Positions 29,041 to 39,353 are shown, numbered from the stretch's first letter. The stretch: 64,000 bases of DNA from Gemmatimonadaceae bacterium (GCA_035623475.1 DASPTK010000089.1:19279-83278), one strand, 5' to 3'. Translations and numbers: made by a program. The notes: a model not told the origin generated them from the sequence alone.

Positions 29041-29724
29041 ATGCTTTTTCCCGAGCTCGCCGCGCGGCTCGCAGATGTGCGCGGCCGAATCGGCGAAGCG
29101 GTTGCGCGGGGAGGGCACTCGCAGCGAGTAACAGTTGTCGCGGTCACGAAGACGCTCGGACCCGAAGCAGTACGGGCGGCGTATGAGTGCGACATCCAGG
29201 ACGTAGGTGAGAATCGAGTGCAAGAAGCGCTCGACAAGATCGCTCGTGTTGATGTGCCGGTGCGCTGGCATCTGATCGGCCACCTGCAACGAAACAAGGT
29301 CAAGGCGCTCGATCGGTTCACGCTGTTGCACTCCCTCGACAGCATGCGGCTGGGCGAAGCGGTCAGTGAGTTTGGGCGTGCGCGAGGGCGCGCGGTGGAG
29401 GTGCTGGTGCAAGTCAACGTGGTCGGCGAGGAGTCGAAGGGTGGGTTCGCGCCGGGCGATCTCCCCGCGGCGGCGGAGCAATTGGCCGATCTCCCCGGAA
29501 TGAGAGTGACCGGGGTCATGACGATGGCGCCGTTGGAGGCGGAGGAGCGCGTGCTGCGCCGTGCCTTCTCGGGCGCGCGGGGGGCGCGAGAGTTGCTGGA
29601 GCGGGCCGGACATCCGGCGCGCGAGCTGTCGATGGGCATGTCGGGCGACTACGAAATCGCCGTCGAGGAGGGAGCGACAATGGTCCGTCTTGGCACCGTC
29701 CTGTTCGGAGCGAGGAGCGCATGA
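29041..29724 (+). CDS. yggS: YggS-family pyridoxal-phosphate homeostasis protein
   Basis: 227 aa with VVAVTKT (PLP Lys), GENRVQEALDK, WHLIGHLQRNKV and ELSMGMSGDYE. Confidence 0.9.
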   Translation: MLFPELAARLADVRGRIGEAVARGGHSQRVTVVAVTKTLGPEAVRAAYECDIQDVGENRVQEALDKIARVDVPVRWHLIGHLQRNKVKALDRFTLLHSLDSMRLGEAVSEFGRARGRAVEVLVQVNVVGEESKGGFAPGDLPAAAEQLADLPGMRVTGVMTMAPLEAEERVLRRAFSGARGARELLERAGHPARELSMGMSGDYEIAVEEGATMVRLGTVLFGARSA

Positions 29725-30287
29725 CCGACGAGACCTATCACTTTACCGCCATCGATGCCCGGAAGTGGGACTTCGGTGCGAAGATCTTCCGCGGCTACGA
29801 TGAGAAGCGGGTCGAGAGCTTTCGCAATCAGGTTGCCGACGAGCTCGAGCGACTCTCGAAGCTGAACCAGGAGCTCGAGGCAAAGGCGCGCGGGTTCCAC
29901 GAGCAGCTGCGCGCCTTTCGCGAGCGCGACAAGGCGCTGAACGACGCCCTCGTCTCGGCGCAGCAGCTTCGCTCGGAAATCCGCGAGCAGGCCGAACGGG
30001 AGTCGCAGCTGATTCTCCGGGAAGCCCGGGCCGAGGGAGAGCGGATGGTGGATCACGCGCGCGGCGAGATTCGGCGTCTCGAGAGCGAGATCACGCAGCT
30101 CGAGAAGGCGCGCATCGCCTATATCGGCCAGCTCCGCGCGATGGTGGAGCGTCAGCTCGCCGAGCTCGAGGCGGCGGCGTCGTCAGGCACGACGGCCCGC
30201 CGGCCGGCGCCGGAACCCGAGCCGCCATCGGAAGGGCGGGCGACGATCAAGACGCCCGCTTGGCTCGAATCGCTGGTCAAGGAATGA
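29721..30287 (+). CDS. DivIVA domain-containing protein
   Basis: N-terminal FTAIDARKWDFGAKIFRGYDEKRVESFRNQVADELE followed by coiled coil. ATGA overlap with the yggS stop. Confidence 0.85.
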   Translation: MTDETYHFTAIDARKWDFGAKIFRGYDEKRVESFRNQVADELERLSKLNQELEAKARGFHEQLRAFRERDKALNDALVSAQQLRSEIREQAERESQLILREARAEGERMVDHARGEIRRLESEITQLEKARIAYIGQLRAMVERQLAELEAAASSGTTARRPAPEPEPPSEGRATIKTPAWLESLVKE

Positions 30288-31159
30288 GCACCTACCGGCT
30301 CGACGATCCGACGCTCGTCCCGGTGCGCGCCCCCGTGCCGGAGTACACGCGCGCCCAAATCGAGGTCGCGCGCGACGTCGTGCGCGAGCGGTTCGCAGCC
30401 ACGCCGACCGCGGCGATCATCCTGGGCACAGGACTCGGCGGCCTCGCCAAGGAGATCGATGTCAAGTCGGCGGTCGACTACACCGACATCCCCGGCTTCC
30501 CGCTCTCCACGGTGGAGTCGCATGCCGGCCGCCTGCTCTGCGGCACGCTCGGTGGCCGCCCCGTGGTCGCGATGCAGGGGCGCTTCCACCTGTACGAGGG
30601 GTACTCGCCGCAGCAGGTCACATTCCCGGTACGCGTGCTGCGCGCTCTCGGGGCGCCCACCCTCATCGTCTCCAATGCCTGTGGCGGGATGAACCCGCTC
30701 TGGGACGCGGGCGACCTCATGCTGATCGCCGACCACATCAACCTCCTCGGCGCGAATCCGCTCATCGGGCCGAACGACGACGCGCTCGGTCCCCGCTTTC
30801 CGGACATGTCGGCGCCCTACGACACGGAGCTCCGAAAGCTCGCCCGCACGGTGGCGCGCGAGAAGCGCATCACGCTGCGCGAGGGTGTGTACGTGGCGGT
30901 GACCGGTCCGAACCTTGAGACGCGGGCCGAGTATCGCTTCTTGCGGGGGATCGGCGCCGACGTCGTCGGCATGTCGACGGTGCCCGAGGTCATCGTCGCG
31001 GTGCACGGCGGGATGCGCGTGCTCGGCATCTCGATCATCACCGACCGTTGCCTCCCCGACGCCCTGGAGCCGGCGGCGCTCGACCAGATCATCGCTGTGG
31101 CGACTCGGGCCGAACCGAACCTCACGGCTCTCGTTCGCGGAGTCGTCGAGCGCCTGTGA
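30284..31159 (+). CDS. punA: purine nucleoside phosphorylase (trimeric PNP/PunA type)
   Basis: ATG 30284 overlaps the divIVA stop (ATGA). GTGLGGLA, STVESHAGRLLCGTLGGRPVVAMQGRFHLYEGY, VSNACGGMNP and GADVVGMSTVPEV. Confidence 0.88.
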   Translation: MSTYRLDDPTLVPVRAPVPEYTRAQIEVARDVVRERFAATPTAAIILGTGLGGLAKEIDVKSAVDYTDIPGFPLSTVESHAGRLLCGTLGGRPVVAMQGRFHLYEGYSPQQVTFPVRVLRALGAPTLIVSNACGGMNPLWDAGDLMLIADHINLLGANPLIGPNDDALGPRFPDMSAPYDTELRKLARTVAREKRITLREGVYVAVTGPNLETRAEYRFLRGIGADVVGMSTVPEVIVAVHGGMRVLGISIITDRCLPDALEPAALDQIIAVATRAEPNLTALVRGVVERL

Positions 31160-34100
31160 CCGCGATTCAGCCGTCCGCTGTCGCTTTTCGCCCTCTGCCG
31201 CCGGAGCTCGACGCCGATGCGCTGGAGCTCGAGGTGCTGGAGAGCTGGACCGCCGAGGATGCGCTGGCCCAGAGCCTCGCGGCGCGCGAAGGTCGCCCCG
31301 ACTTCGTCTTCTTCGAGGGACCGCCGACCGCCAACGGCCGGCCGGGCATCCACCACGTCTTTTCGCGCACGATCAAGGATCTCTTCTGCCGCTACCGGGT
31401 GATGAAGGGCTTCCGTGTGCTGCGGAAAGCGGGGTGGGACACGCACGGATTGCCGGTCGAGATCGAGGTCGAGAAGCAGCTCGGCATCAACGGGAAGCAC
31501 CAGATCGAGGCGCTCGGCGTCGAAGAATTCAATCGACGCTGCCGTGAGAGTGTGTGGCGCTACAAGGCCGATTGGGAGAAGCTGAGCGCCCGCATCGGCT
31601 ACTGGCTCGACTACGCCGATCCGTACATCACCTACTCCAACGACTACATCGAGAGCGTCTGGTGGGCGCTCGCCACGCTGCACGGCGGCGGGCTGCTCTA
31701 CAAAGGGCACAAGATTCTCCCGTACTGCCCGCGCTGCGGCACCGCGCTCTCGAGCCACGAGGTGGCGCAGGGGTACGAGGATGTCCGAGACCCCAGCGTC
31801 TATGTCACACTCGACTTGGTGGGCGACGCCGGGCGGCCGACGGGGCGGCGGATCCTCGTCTGGACGACCACGCCCTGGACGCTCGTGTCGAACGTCGCGT
31901 TGGCGGTGCATCCCGAGCTGGACTACCTCGAGCTACGCCGGCGGACCGCCGGCGCGGGGGGAGCGGAGCCGACGCTCATTCTCGCCGAAGCGCGCGCGGC
32001 CGCCGTGCTCGGGGACGACTACCCCGACCGCTGGGAGACGGTGCGACGGATCAGCGGCGCGTCGCTCGCCGGGGCGCGATACCGGCGTCCGCTGGATTGG
32101 GTGGATATCGACGCCCAGCCGGGCGCGCACGAGATCATGGTCGCCGAGTCGTTCGTGTCGGCGGAGGACGGCACCGGGGTCGTGCACATGGCGCCGGCGT
32201 TCGGTGCCGACGACTATGCCGCGGCGCAGCGGTCGGGACTCGCCTTTCTGCAGCCCGTCGACGCGCGGGGGCGCTTTCCCGAGTCGCTGCCGGTGGTCGG
32301 CGGGAAGTTCGTCAAGGATGCCGACGGGCCGATCATCGACGAGCTGCGTGCGCGTGGCCTGCTCTTCAAGGCGGAAACGATCGAGCACGCGTATCCGCAC
32401 TGCTGGCGGTGTGGCACGCCGCTCATCTACTACGCGCGGGAGTCGTGGTTCGTCCGCACGACCGCCTACCGCGACAAGATGTTGGCGCGGACGGCGCGGA
32501 TCGATTGGCATCCGAGCGAAGTCGGGAGCGGGCGTTTCGGCGAGTGGCTCGAGAACAACGTCGATTGGGCGCTCTCGCGCGACCGATATTGGGGGACGCC
32601 GCTTCCGGTCTGGGTGTGCGACAAGACTCGGGAGCACGTCGAGGCGTTAGGCAGCTACGCGGATCTGGCGCGCCGCTGGGGGAAGCCGCTGCCGGCCGAT
32701 TTCGACCCGCACAAGCCGTTCATCGATCGATATGCCTGGCCCTGCGCGGTGGAGGGGTGCGCGGGGACGATGCGCCGGGTGAGCGAGGTGATCGACACCT
32801 GGTTCGACTCCGGCTCGATGCCCTTCGCGCAGTGGCACTTCCCGTTCGAGCAGCGGGAGCTCACGGCGCGCCAGTACCCGGCCGATTTCATCGCCGAGGG
32901 CGTCGACCAGACGCGCGGATGGTTCTACTCGCTCCTCGCTATCGCCACCGGACTCGGCGCCGCGCTCCCCAACAACGAGGGAGAGGGGGGCACGAGCGCC
33001 GTCGCTGCGCCGTATCGCGCCGTGGTGGTGAACGATCTCGTGCTCGATGAGACGGGCGCCAAGATGTCGAAGCACATCGGCAACGTCGTGAATCCGTGGG
33101 ACGTGATCCCGCGCCATGGGGCCGACGCCGTACGCCTCTTCCTCGTCGCCTCGAGCCAGGTGTGGGTGCCGCGACGCTTCGATGAGGCTGCGATTCGCGA
33201 GCTCGCCGGCCGCTTCTTCCTCACGCTGAAGAACGTGTACAGCGGAATCTTCGCCCAGTACGCGAACTTCGGCTGGGCACCGGGCGAAGGCGACCCGCCG
33301 GTCGCTCAGCGGCCGGCGATCGACCGGTGGGTGCTGTCACGCCTCGCCGATGTCGAGCGCACGACGGACGACCAGATGGATCGATACCAGGCGACCCTGG
33401 CGGCGCGGGCGGTGATGGACTTCCTCGTCGACGACGTCTCCAACTGGTACGTCCGGTCGAGCCGCGCCCGATTTTACGATGTCGATACACCCGACAGCCG
33501 GGCCGCTTTCGCCACGCTGCACGAAGTGTTGGTGGTCGTCTGCCGCCTGTTGGCGCCGATCGCGCCGTTCATCACCGACTGGATGCACCGCCAGCTGACC
33601 GGGAGCACGGTGCACCTCGCGCCGTACGTACGCCCGGGGTCGCACGCTGTGGACCCGCTCCTGGAGCGCGGGATGTCGGCGGTGCGCACGCTCGCGACGC
33701 TGGCGCGGGCGGCCCGCGAGGAGGCGGGCGTCAAGGTTCGCCAGCCGCTTTCGCGCCTCGTATGCGTGGTGCCAGATTTCGACCGCGCCGCGCTCGAACC
33801 GTTGGTGCCCCTGCTGGCGGCCGAGCTGAATGTGAAGCGCGTCGAGATCGCGGCGTCCGATGATGCGTTGGTCCGGCTCGAGGCCCGGCCCAACTTTCGT
33901 GCGCTCGGGAAGCGGTTCGGCAAACGGACGCCGTTGGCGGCGGGAGCGATCGCGGCCCTCGACAGCGCGGCGTGGGTGGCGTTCGAGCGAGGGCAGCCCG
34001 TTGCGATTTCGGTGGACGGAGAGTCGCATACGCTGGCAGCGGAGGACGTAGCCATCGTCCGGCGCGCCGCGGGTGCGCTGGTGGTGAAGGATGAGGCGGG

Positions 34101-34407
34101 CTACGTCGCCGCCATCGATCCGACGGTCACCGCGGAGCTTCGCGCCGAAGGGGTGGCGCGCGAGCTGGTGAGCAAGGTTCAGCAGATGCGAAAGGCGGCG
34201 CGGTTCGCCGTGAGCGACCGCATCCGACTACAGGCGACGGGGAACGACACGGTCGAGGCAGCGGTGCGGTCGCATCAGCAGTACATCGCGAGCGAGGTGC
34301 TCGCGAGCGAGGTCGCCATTGGGGGCGACATTTCAGGTACACCGGACGTGGTGCAAACGGTGGAGCTCGATGAGTGGACCGTTCGCATCGCCCTAACGAG
34401 AGTCTGA
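31156..34407 (+). CDS. ileS: isoleucine--tRNA ligase (type 2-like)
   Basis: GTG 31156 overlaps the punA stop (GTGA). HIGH-type PTANGRPGIHHV, KMSKHIGNVV, editing-domain WTTTPWTL. No C-terminal Cys4 zinc-finger tail seen. Confidence 0.93.
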   Translation: MTAIQPSAVAFRPLPPELDADALELEVLESWTAEDALAQSLAAREGRPDFVFFEGPPTANGRPGIHHVFSRTIKDLFCRYRVMKGFRVLRKAGWDTHGLPVEIEVEKQLGINGKHQIEALGVEEFNRRCRESVWRYKADWEKLSARIGYWLDYADPYITYSNDYIESVWWALATLHGGGLLYKGHKILPYCPRCGTALSSHEVAQGYEDVRDPSVYVTLDLVGDAGRPTGRRILVWTTTPWTLVSNVALAVHPELDYLELRRRTAGAGGAEPTLILAEARAAAVLGDDYPDRWETVRRISGASLAGARYRRPLDWVDIDAQPGAHEIMVAESFVSAEDGTGVVHMAPAFGADDYAAAQRSGLAFLQPVDARGRFPESLPVVGGKFVKDADGPIIDELRARGLLFKAETIEHAYPHCWRCGTPLIYYARESWFVRTTAYRDKMLARTARIDWHPSEVGSGRFGEWLENNVDWALSRDRYWGTPLPVWVCDKTREHVEALGSYADLARRWGKPLPADFDPHKPFIDRYAWPCAVEGCAGTMRRVSEVIDTWFDSGSMPFAQWHFPFEQRELTARQYPADFIAEGVDQTRGWFYSLLAIATGLGAALPNNEGEGGTSAVAAPYRAVVVNDLVLDETGAKMSKHIGNVVNPWDVIPRHGADAVRLFLVASSQVWVPRRFDEAAIRELAGRFFLTLKNVYSGIFAQYANFGWAPGEGDPPVAQRPAIDRWVLSRLADVERTTDDQMDRYQATLAARAVMDFLVDDVSNWYVRSSRARFYDVDTPDSRAAFATLHEVLVVVCRLLAPIAPFITDWMHRQLTGSTVHLAPYVRPGSHAVDPLLERGMSAVRTLATLARAAREEAGVKVRQPLSRLVCVVPDFDRAALEPLVPLLAAELNVKRVEIAASDDALVRLEARPNFRALGKRFGKRTPLAAGAIAALDSAAWVAFERGQPVAISVDGESHTLAAEDVAIVRRAAGALVVKDEAGYVAAIDPTVTAELRAEGVARELVSKVQQMRKAARFAVSDRIRLQATGNDTVEAAVRSHQQYIASEVLASEVAIGGDISGTPDVVQTVELDEWTVRIALTRV

Positions 34408-34410
34408 ATC

Positions 34411-34833
34411 ATGCCGGGTTCAACGGGCGCCAAGAGCAGCAAGCCGATGACCAAGAAGATGCTGGCGCACTTCGAGAAGCGTCTCCTCGAGGAGCGTAAG
34501 CGCGTCCTCAAGGAGCTCGGTCAGTACAGCGAGACCTTCAACGCCACGCCACAGTCGGCCGATGGCGACTTGAGCTCGTATTCCTTCCACATGGCCGATC
34601 AGGGCACGGACGCGATGGAGCGCGAGAAGGCCTTTCTCTTCGCCAGCCAGGAGGGGCGCTTCCTCTGGCACATCGACGAAGCGCTGCGGAGGCTCTACCG
34701 CTCGCCCGAGACCTTCGGCAAGTGCCAGAACTGCGGCGAAGACATCGACTTCGAGCGTCTCGACGCGCTCCCGCACGCGCGGCTCTGCATCGCCTGCAAG
34801 CAGCGCGAAGAAGATGGAAAGAAGTCGAGCTAG
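34411..34833 (+). CDS. dksA: DksA/TraR-family C4 zinc-finger protein
   Basis: 140 aa with CQNCGEDIDFERLDALPHARLCIACK preceded by a coiled-coil region. Starts 3 nt after the ileS stop. Confidence 0.85.
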   Translation: MPGSTGAKSSKPMTKKMLAHFEKRLLEERKRVLKELGQYSETFNATPQSADGDLSSYSFHMADQGTDAMEREKAFLFASQEGRFLWHIDEALRRLYRSPETFGKCQNCGEDIDFERLDALPHARLCIACKQREEDGKKSS

Positions 34834-35362
34834 ATCGCTCACCTTCTGGTCGATCATTGCCGGAGTCGTGGCGGCCGACGTCGTGACCAAGGCGCTGGCC
34901 GTCGCGATGCTCGTGCCGCAGCACGTGCCACGCGAGGTGATCGGCGACTGGGTACGACTGACGCTCGTCTACAACCGCGGGGCGGCCTTCGGTCTCCATC
35001 TCGGTCCCTGGTCGCGCGCCATCTTTCTCGTTCTGACCCTGGTCGCGCTGATCATCCTGGGACGGCTCTACCGAGCCACCCGTCCGGGCGACACGCTCCG
35101 CATCGTCTCGCTGGCACTGGTGTGTGGCGGCGCGATCGGAAACCTGATCGACCGCGTGCGGTCGGGATTGGGGGTGGTCGATTTCCTCGACGTGGGCGTT
35201 CACGAATGGCGGTGGCCCACCTTCAACATCGCCGACATGGCGGTGAGCATCGGCGCCTTCCTGCTCGCCTGGGTCCTCTGGTGGGAGGACCGCGCCGCGC
35301 ACGCTGCCGCGGAGCCGATGTCGGAGCGACTCCCGGCCCCGAAGCCGAGCCAGGGAGCCTGA
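34814..35362 (+). CDS. lspA: lipoprotein signal peptidase II
   Basis: 182 aa, 4 TM. YNRGAAFG, GGAIGNLIDR and WPTFNIADMAVSIG motifs. Classic ileS-lspA linkage. Confidence 0.9.
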   Translation: MERSRARSLTFWSIIAGVVAADVVTKALAVAMLVPQHVPREVIGDWVRLTLVYNRGAAFGLHLGPWSRAIFLVLTLVALIILGRLYRATRPGDTLRIVSLALVCGGAIGNLIDRVRSGLGVVDFLDVGVHEWRWPTFNIADMAVSIGAFLLAWVLWWEDRAAHAAAEPMSERLPAPKPSQGA

Positions 35363-35387
35363 GCGCCTGGCCGGCGGCGCCGGTGTC

Positions 35388-36395
35388 ATGCCAGAGCACG
35401 ATGCGCCGATTCCGGCGCCCGGTCTCCACACGATCGTGGTCGAGGCGGATGAGGGCATCCGCCTCGATTTGTTGATTGCCCGCTCGCTGTCGCTGTCGCG
35501 CACCCAGGCGGCCACGCTCATCGCGACCGCGAAGGTGACCGTCAATGGCCGGTCGGAGCGCGCCAGCTACCGGCCGGTTCGAGGTGACCGCCTCGAGGTG
35601 ACCGTCCCCCCGCCTGTCGCGCGGGACGTTGTCCCCGAGCAAATCCCGCTGACCGTCGTCTTCGAGGACGACCACGTCCTCGTGGTCGACAAGCCCGCCG
35701 GGATGGTCGTCCATCCAGCGCCAGGACACTGGACGGGAACCCTGGTGAACGCCCTTCGGGGGCGCGGTACCACCCTGGCCGAGACCACGGCGATGGAGCG
35801 GGCCGGGATCGTCCACCGCCTCGATCGCGACACCTCCGGCTTGCTGCTCGTGGCGAAGAGCGAGCGCGCCCTTCGGACGCTCGGGGCGGCCCTCGCCGCT
35901 CGCCGTATCATTCGTCGTTACGCGGTGTTGGCGTGGGGGCACCTCGGCGCCGACCGGGTCACCGTCGAGCGTCCAATTGCGCGCGATCCGCGAGACCGAA
36001 GGCGCATGGCAGTCGTCAGTACCGGAAGGGCGGCGAAGACCGATTTCGTCCGGCTGGCGCGGTTCGACTCGGCCGATCTGCTGCGCGCACAGCTACATAC
36101 GGGGCGCACGCATCAGATTCGGGTTCATCTCGCCTCCATCGGGCACCCGGTGGTGGGAGATGACGTGTATGGGGGGGGCGGCGGGCGGCGGCTTCTGGCA
36201 TTGCCGCCCCGGCGGCACTTCCTGCACGCGGGGTGGCTGATCTTTCCGCATCCCATCACCGGCAAGCTGGTCGATCTCCGCTCTCCGCTGCCGGACGATC
36301 TCGCGCGGTCGCTCATCGCCGCTGCCGGAGCGTCTGGCCTGGATCCGTCACACGACGCGCTGACCGACCTTGGCTTCTACACTCTCGATCTCTGA
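35388..36395 (+). CDS. rluD: RluA-family 23S rRNA pseudouridine synthase (RluD-like)
   Basis: S4 domain (RLDLLIA...SRTQAATLI), catalytic HRLDRDTSGLLLVAK and TGRTHQIRVHLASIGHPVVGD. Confidence 0.9.
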   Translation: MPEHDAPIPAPGLHTIVVEADEGIRLDLLIARSLSLSRTQAATLIATAKVTVNGRSERASYRPVRGDRLEVTVPPPVARDVVPEQIPLTVVFEDDHVLVVDKPAGMVVHPAPGHWTGTLVNALRGRGTTLAETTAMERAGIVHRLDRDTSGLLLVAKSERALRTLGAALAARRIIRRYAVLAWGHLGADRVTVERPIARDPRDRRRMAVVSTGRAAKTDFVRLARFDSADLLRAQLHTGRTHQIRVHLASIGHPVVGDDVYGGGGGRRLLALPPRRHFLHAGWLIFPHPITGKLVDLRSPLPDDLARSLIAAAGASGLDPSHDALTDLGFYTLDL

Positions 36396-36816
36396 ACAGC
36401 CCGCTCGCCAGCTGGTGATCTTCCGGCTGGCGAACCGCGTGTTTGGAATCGAGCTGTCCTCGATCCGGGAGATTCTTTCGGCGCGTCGGATCACGCGCCT
36501 CCCCGGTGCGCCGCCAACGGTGCTCGGCCTCATCAATGTTCGCGGAACGATCGTGACCGTGATCGATCTCGGCGCCCGGCTCACGGGTGAGCCGGCGCGT
36601 GCCGGCGGGTCGGTCATCCTGGTGGATCACGGAACACGGGCTGTTGGCATGGCGGTGGACGAGGTGATCGACGTCCAACGGTTGGACGACAGCTCGCTCG
36701 GCGAAGACCTGGACGTTGTGGTTTCGGGCGGCGCGGTGCGCGCGCTCGGACGGCACGAGGGTCACGCGGTGGCCCTCCTCGACCCGCAGGACATCATCTC
36801 GCACGTACTCGCCTGA
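36370..36816 (+). CDS. cheW: chemotaxis coupling protein CheW (copy 1)
   Basis: LVIFRLANRVFGIELSSIREILSARRITRLPGAPPTVLGLINVRGTIVTVIDLGARL is a canonical CheW fold. TTG 36370 overlaps the rluD end. Alternative GTG start at 36415. Confidence 0.85.
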   Translation: MASTLSISEQPARQLVIFRLANRVFGIELSSIREILSARRITRLPGAPPTVLGLINVRGTIVTVIDLGARLTGEPARAGGSVILVDHGTRAVGMAVDEVIDVQRLDDSSLGEDLDVVVSGGAVRALGRHEGHAVALLDPQDIISHVLA

Positions 36817-36828
36817 CCGGAGGAGACG

Positions 36829-37191
36829 TTGAGCCACACGGTGCTGATCTGCGACGACGCGATTTTCATGCGGACGATGATCGCAGACATCCTGCAGCAA
36901 TCCGGCTTCGAGATCGTCGGCGAAGCGGAGACCGGCGTGCAGGCCATCGAGCAGTACAAGCGCCTGCGTCCCGACCTCGTCACGATGGACATCGTGATGC
37001 CCGACATGGGCGGGATCGACGCGGTTCGCGAGATCACCAAACTCGATGCGAACGCGAAGATCCTCATGTGCAGCGCCATGGGGCAGCAGGCCCTGGTCGT
37101 GGAAGCGATTCAGGCGGGCGCCAAGGACTTCGTGGTGAAGCCCTTCCAGCCGTCGCGAGTCCTCGAGGCGGTGGCGAGGGTGATGGGGTAG
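36829..37191 (+). CDS. cheY: CheY-like single-domain response regulator
   Basis: TTG 36829 lies 3 nt after GGAGGAG. ICDDAIFMR (acidic pair), DLVTMDIVMPDMGG (phospho-Asp), MCSA, KDFVVKPF (Lys). Confidence 0.9.
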   Translation: MSHTVLICDDAIFMRTMIADILQQSGFEIVGEAETGVQAIEQYKRLRPDLVTMDIVMPDMGGIDAVREITKLDANAKILMCSAMGQQALVVEAIQAGAKDFVVKPFQPSRVLEAVARVMG

Positions 37192-37359
37192 TCCGCGAAC
37201 AGGGACGCAGCCGACCCGGCGCCACCGCCCGCCCGCGCGGTACCCGCCAGCACCGCTCGAACACGCCACGGCCCCGGCTCGACTCTCCCCCCGTCAGGCG
37301 CTCCCGTCGACCACGCCCCACCACAGATACCACCAAACCTCCGCCGACCTCCCTGTCGC

Positions 37360-39342
37360 ATGGACCTCTCCAAATACGCCGAACTTTTCGTCACGGAGAG
37401 CCGCGAGCATCTCTCGGCGTTGAACGAGTCGCTCCTCGAGCTCGAACGCTCACCGACAGCGGCCGAGCCGGTCGGCGCCATCTTCCGCGCCGTCCACACG
37501 GTGAAGGGGATGAGCGCGACGATGGGCTATCGCGCGGTGAGCGAGCTGGCGCACGAGATGGAGAGCGTGCTCGATCACGTGCGGAAGGGGACGCTCGCCG
37601 TCACGCGCGATGTCGTCGACCTCCTCTTCGCGGCGGCCGACGCACTTGAGGAAGCGATCGAGCGATCGGCGCGCGGCGAGGACGACGCGGTGGATGTGAG
37701 AGAGATGATCGCGAAGCTGCACGCTGCCGCCGGCGGAGCCACGGCGCGCAGCGAGCCGGGGCGCCGGGGCGTCTCGGGCGCGCGAGGAGCGCGGCGCCGG
37801 GCCGAGTCGAGGCCGAGCGCGCCGCCCGCCGAGTCTCCGCCTGACGAGTCGTCAGCGGGTCGCCTGGTGCGCGTGCGCCTCTCGCCGGAGACTGTTCTGC
37901 GCGGTGCGCGCGCCTTCGTGGTCGTGCGGCGCGCGGAGGCGCTCGGGCGCGTGCTCGAGGTGGATCCGCCGCTGGCGGCCCTTCAGGCGGAGCAGTTCGA
38001 GCGCGACTTCAGCATCCGCCTCGAGAGCGACGCCGACGCCGAGCGGATCGCCGCTACGCTGCGCGCCGCCGGCGATGTCGAGTCGGTGGAAGTCGAGGGC
38101 GCGGCGCCGGCGTCACCGCCGGCGCCCGATCGTGCGCGCCCGGACGAGCCTCGAGCGCCCGAGGAGCGCGCGCCGCGAGGTGGCGGCCCCGAGCTCGCGC
38201 GCCGCTCCGCGCAGTTCGTGCGCATCGACCTCCGCCGCCTCGACACCCTGATGAATCTGATCGGCGAGCTGGTGATCGCCCGCGGCCGCCTGACGCAGAT
38301 CGCCGGCGGCCTGACGGATCCGGCGCTCGACGAGACGGTGGCCCAGGCCTCGCGCCTGATCGGCGATCTCCAAGAGGAGATCATGCGCAGCCGCATGGTT
38401 CCCGTCGGCCAGGTGTTCGACCGCTTTCCGCGTCTGGTGCGGGACACGGCGCGGGCGGTGGGGAAGGAGGTCTCGTTCAGCATTCAGGGGAAGGAGATCG
38501 AGCTCGACCGCTCCATGCTCGAGGAGATCGGTGAGCCGGTGATGCACCTGCTGCGTAACGCGATCGACCATGGCATCGAGCCGCCGGATGTGCGCGTCGC
38601 CGCCGGGAAGCCGCGCGAAGGACACCTCACGCTCTCGATCGCCCGGGAGCGCAGCACCGTCACGGTGCGGGTGACCGACGATGGCCGCGGCATCGACCGT
38701 ACGCGGGTGCTGCAGAAAGCGCACGAGATGGGCCTCGTTCCGCCCGCGGCGACCGCGCTCTCGGACGATGAGCTGGTGCGCCTCATTGGGCGGCCGGGTT
38801 TCTCGACCGCCGAGCGGGTGACCGACCTCTCGGGGCGGGGTGTCGGGATCGATGTCGTGAATACGCGCGTCCGGTCGCTCGGAGGCTCGGTGGAGATCAG
38901 GTCGGCGGCCGGCGAAGGGACGACGGTGACGACGCGACTGCCGGTTACCCTCGCCATCGTACGCGCACTTCTTGCACGCGTCGCGGACGAGACGTACGCG
39001 GTGCCGCTGACCCACGTGAGCGAGACGGTGGAGCTCGCCGCGTCGGCACGGAAGCAGCTCAAGGGTCGGGATGTCCTCCTCATGCGGGACGATGTGCTTC
39101 CCCTGATCGAGTTCCGCGACCTTCTGCATCTCCCGAAGGCGCCGGCGGAGCCGCACCAGGTGATTGTTCTCGAATCCGGCGAGCGCCGGGCAGCCCTCGT
39201 GGTCGATGAGCTCACCGGCCAGCAGGAGATCGTCGTGAAGACCTTCGATCCAGTCCGAGATGGTCTCGCGTTGTTCAGCGGTGCCACGATCCTCGCCGAC
39301 GGCGCCCCCGCGCTGATCGTCGACGTGGCCAGCCTCCTGTAG
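37360..39342 (+). CDS. cheA: chemotaxis histidine kinase CheA
   Basis: 660 aa. Hpt FRAVHTVKGMSATMGY, P3/P4 (HLLRNAIDHGIE, TDDGRGID, GRGVGIDVV) and a C-terminal CheW-like P5. There is no SD before the ATG. Confidence 0.93.
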   Translation: MDLSKYAELFVTESREHLSALNESLLELERSPTAAEPVGAIFRAVHTVKGMSATMGYRAVSELAHEMESVLDHVRKGTLAVTRDVVDLLFAAADALEEAIERSARGEDDAVDVREMIAKLHAAAGGATARSEPGRRGVSGARGARRRAESRPSAPPAESPPDESSAGRLVRVRLSPETVLRGARAFVVVRRAEALGRVLEVDPPLAALQAEQFERDFSIRLESDADAERIAATLRAAGDVESVEVEGAAPASPPAPDRARPDEPRAPEERAPRGGGPELARRSAQFVRIDLRRLDTLMNLIGELVIARGRLTQIAGGLTDPALDETVAQASRLIGDLQEEIMRSRMVPVGQVFDRFPRLVRDTARAVGKEVSFSIQGKEIELDRSMLEEIGEPVMHLLRNAIDHGIEPPDVRVAAGKPREGHLTLSIARERSTVTVRVTDDGRGIDRTRVLQKAHEMGLVPPAATALSDDELVRLIGRPGFSTAERVTDLSGRGVGIDVVNTRVRSLGGSVEIRSAAGEGTTVTTRLPVTLAIVRALLARVADETYAVPLTHVSETVELAASARKQLKGRDVLLMRDDVLPLIEFRDLLHLPKAPAEPHQVIVLESGERRAALVVDELTGQQEIVVKTFDPVRDGLALFSGATILADGAPALIVDVASLL

Positions 39343-39353
39343 GCGGAACAAGG

